A stretch of 32,000 nt of DNA from Pyrobaculum calidifontis JCM 11548 (lineage in GTDB: Archaea > Thermoproteota > Thermoprotei > Thermoproteales > Thermoproteaceae). The notes under the pieces were generated by a model, which ran no database searches, was not told the DNA's origin, and worked only from the letters and a program-made list of their open reading frames with translations. A program made the position numbers and the translations under genes. The number at the start of each line of letters is the position of its first letter. The stretch's first letter is position 1. The stretch is from the NCBI RefSeq assembly GCF_000015805.1, contig NC_009073.1, positions 390,001 to 422,000 of the forward strand, read 5' to 3'. Of this stretch, positions 31,737 through 32,000 are shown in pieces.

Positions 31737-32000
31737 ATGGAGATCAAGCTTCCGGGTCAAGACGCCGAGGACATAATTGACCAACTGCTCGGCGGGGGCG
31801 AAGACACGGCGCTGATGCAGACAATTACCAAGGAAAAGGCCTTGATTAGGATTAGGCTGGAGAACAGGAGGGGACACTACGTGACTATTGTGGACTTCGG
31901 AAACTCCGACGACGCAAAACAGCTGGGAATCAAAGACTTGGCCAGGGAGTTGAAGAAGAGGCTGGCGGCGGGGGGGACTATTAGGGATAGCTGGATTGAG
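31737..32000 (+). CDS. sui1: Translation initiation factor SUI1/aIF1 (partial; runs off the window)
   Basis: [18 protein letters not shown]...[19 protein letters not shown]...[16 protein letters not shown] is the SUI1 fold signature. Confidence 0.9.
   Translation, partial: MEIKLPGQDAEDIIDQLLGGGEDTALMQTITKEKALIRIRLENRRGHYVTIVDFGNSDDAKQLGIKDLARELKKRLAAGGTIRDSWIE

Overview
Visibly GC-rich archaeal chromosomal segment that looks like a Thermoproteales (Pyrobaculum/Thermoproteus-like) crenarchaeon. Evidence: A/T-rich TATA boxes centred about 25 nt before start codons (mostly leaderless genes), ATGA start/stop overlaps, two tRNA genes with insertions in the T-arm and encoded CCA, and surface proteins with a Thr-rich stalk plus a C-terminal TM anchor. 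No rRNA and no CRISPR array. Content, left to right: (1) a KaiC/RecA-like ATPase fragment, a multi-frameshifted pseudogene and small or secreted hypothetical proteins. (2) A small ORF + KaiC-like ATPase + wHTH regulator module. (3) A transglutaminase-like / MoxR AAA+ / DUF58 membrane-associated cluster. (4) tRNA-Arg(TCG), a coiled-coil tandem-repeat protein with a PD-(D/E)XK-like C-terminus, and tRNA-Ile(GAT). (5) Dpp/Opp-type ABC permeases and a binding protein, with no ATPase genes. (6) An MFS gene, then an MHS-type transporter-hyuA-hyuB operon. (7) A tnpB-only IS200/IS605-type element with a hairpin-dense GC-rich tail. (8) A symmetric 184-bp inverted-repeat element beside a helicase-like remnant. 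(9) A 921-aa anchored surface protein and a truncated TFB paralog. (10) A ~1.2 kb zone of gene fragments. (11) A housekeeping block: rpoF, DUF655, aIF5A, MTAP, a uL15 fragment, a hypothetical protein and SUI1. The most interesting signals are repeat relationships that ordinary annotation would miss. The structured tail downstream of tnpB has an orphan paralog between MTAP and aIF5A. A 77-bp copy of an internal hyuA segment and a 33-bp copy of the tnpB-tail flank together form the region just upstream of rpoF. The 184-bp element carries three ACTTG-N4/5-CAAGT palindromes. I found no clearly novel multi-gene system. All functional calls rest on motif recognition by eye and need database confirmation.
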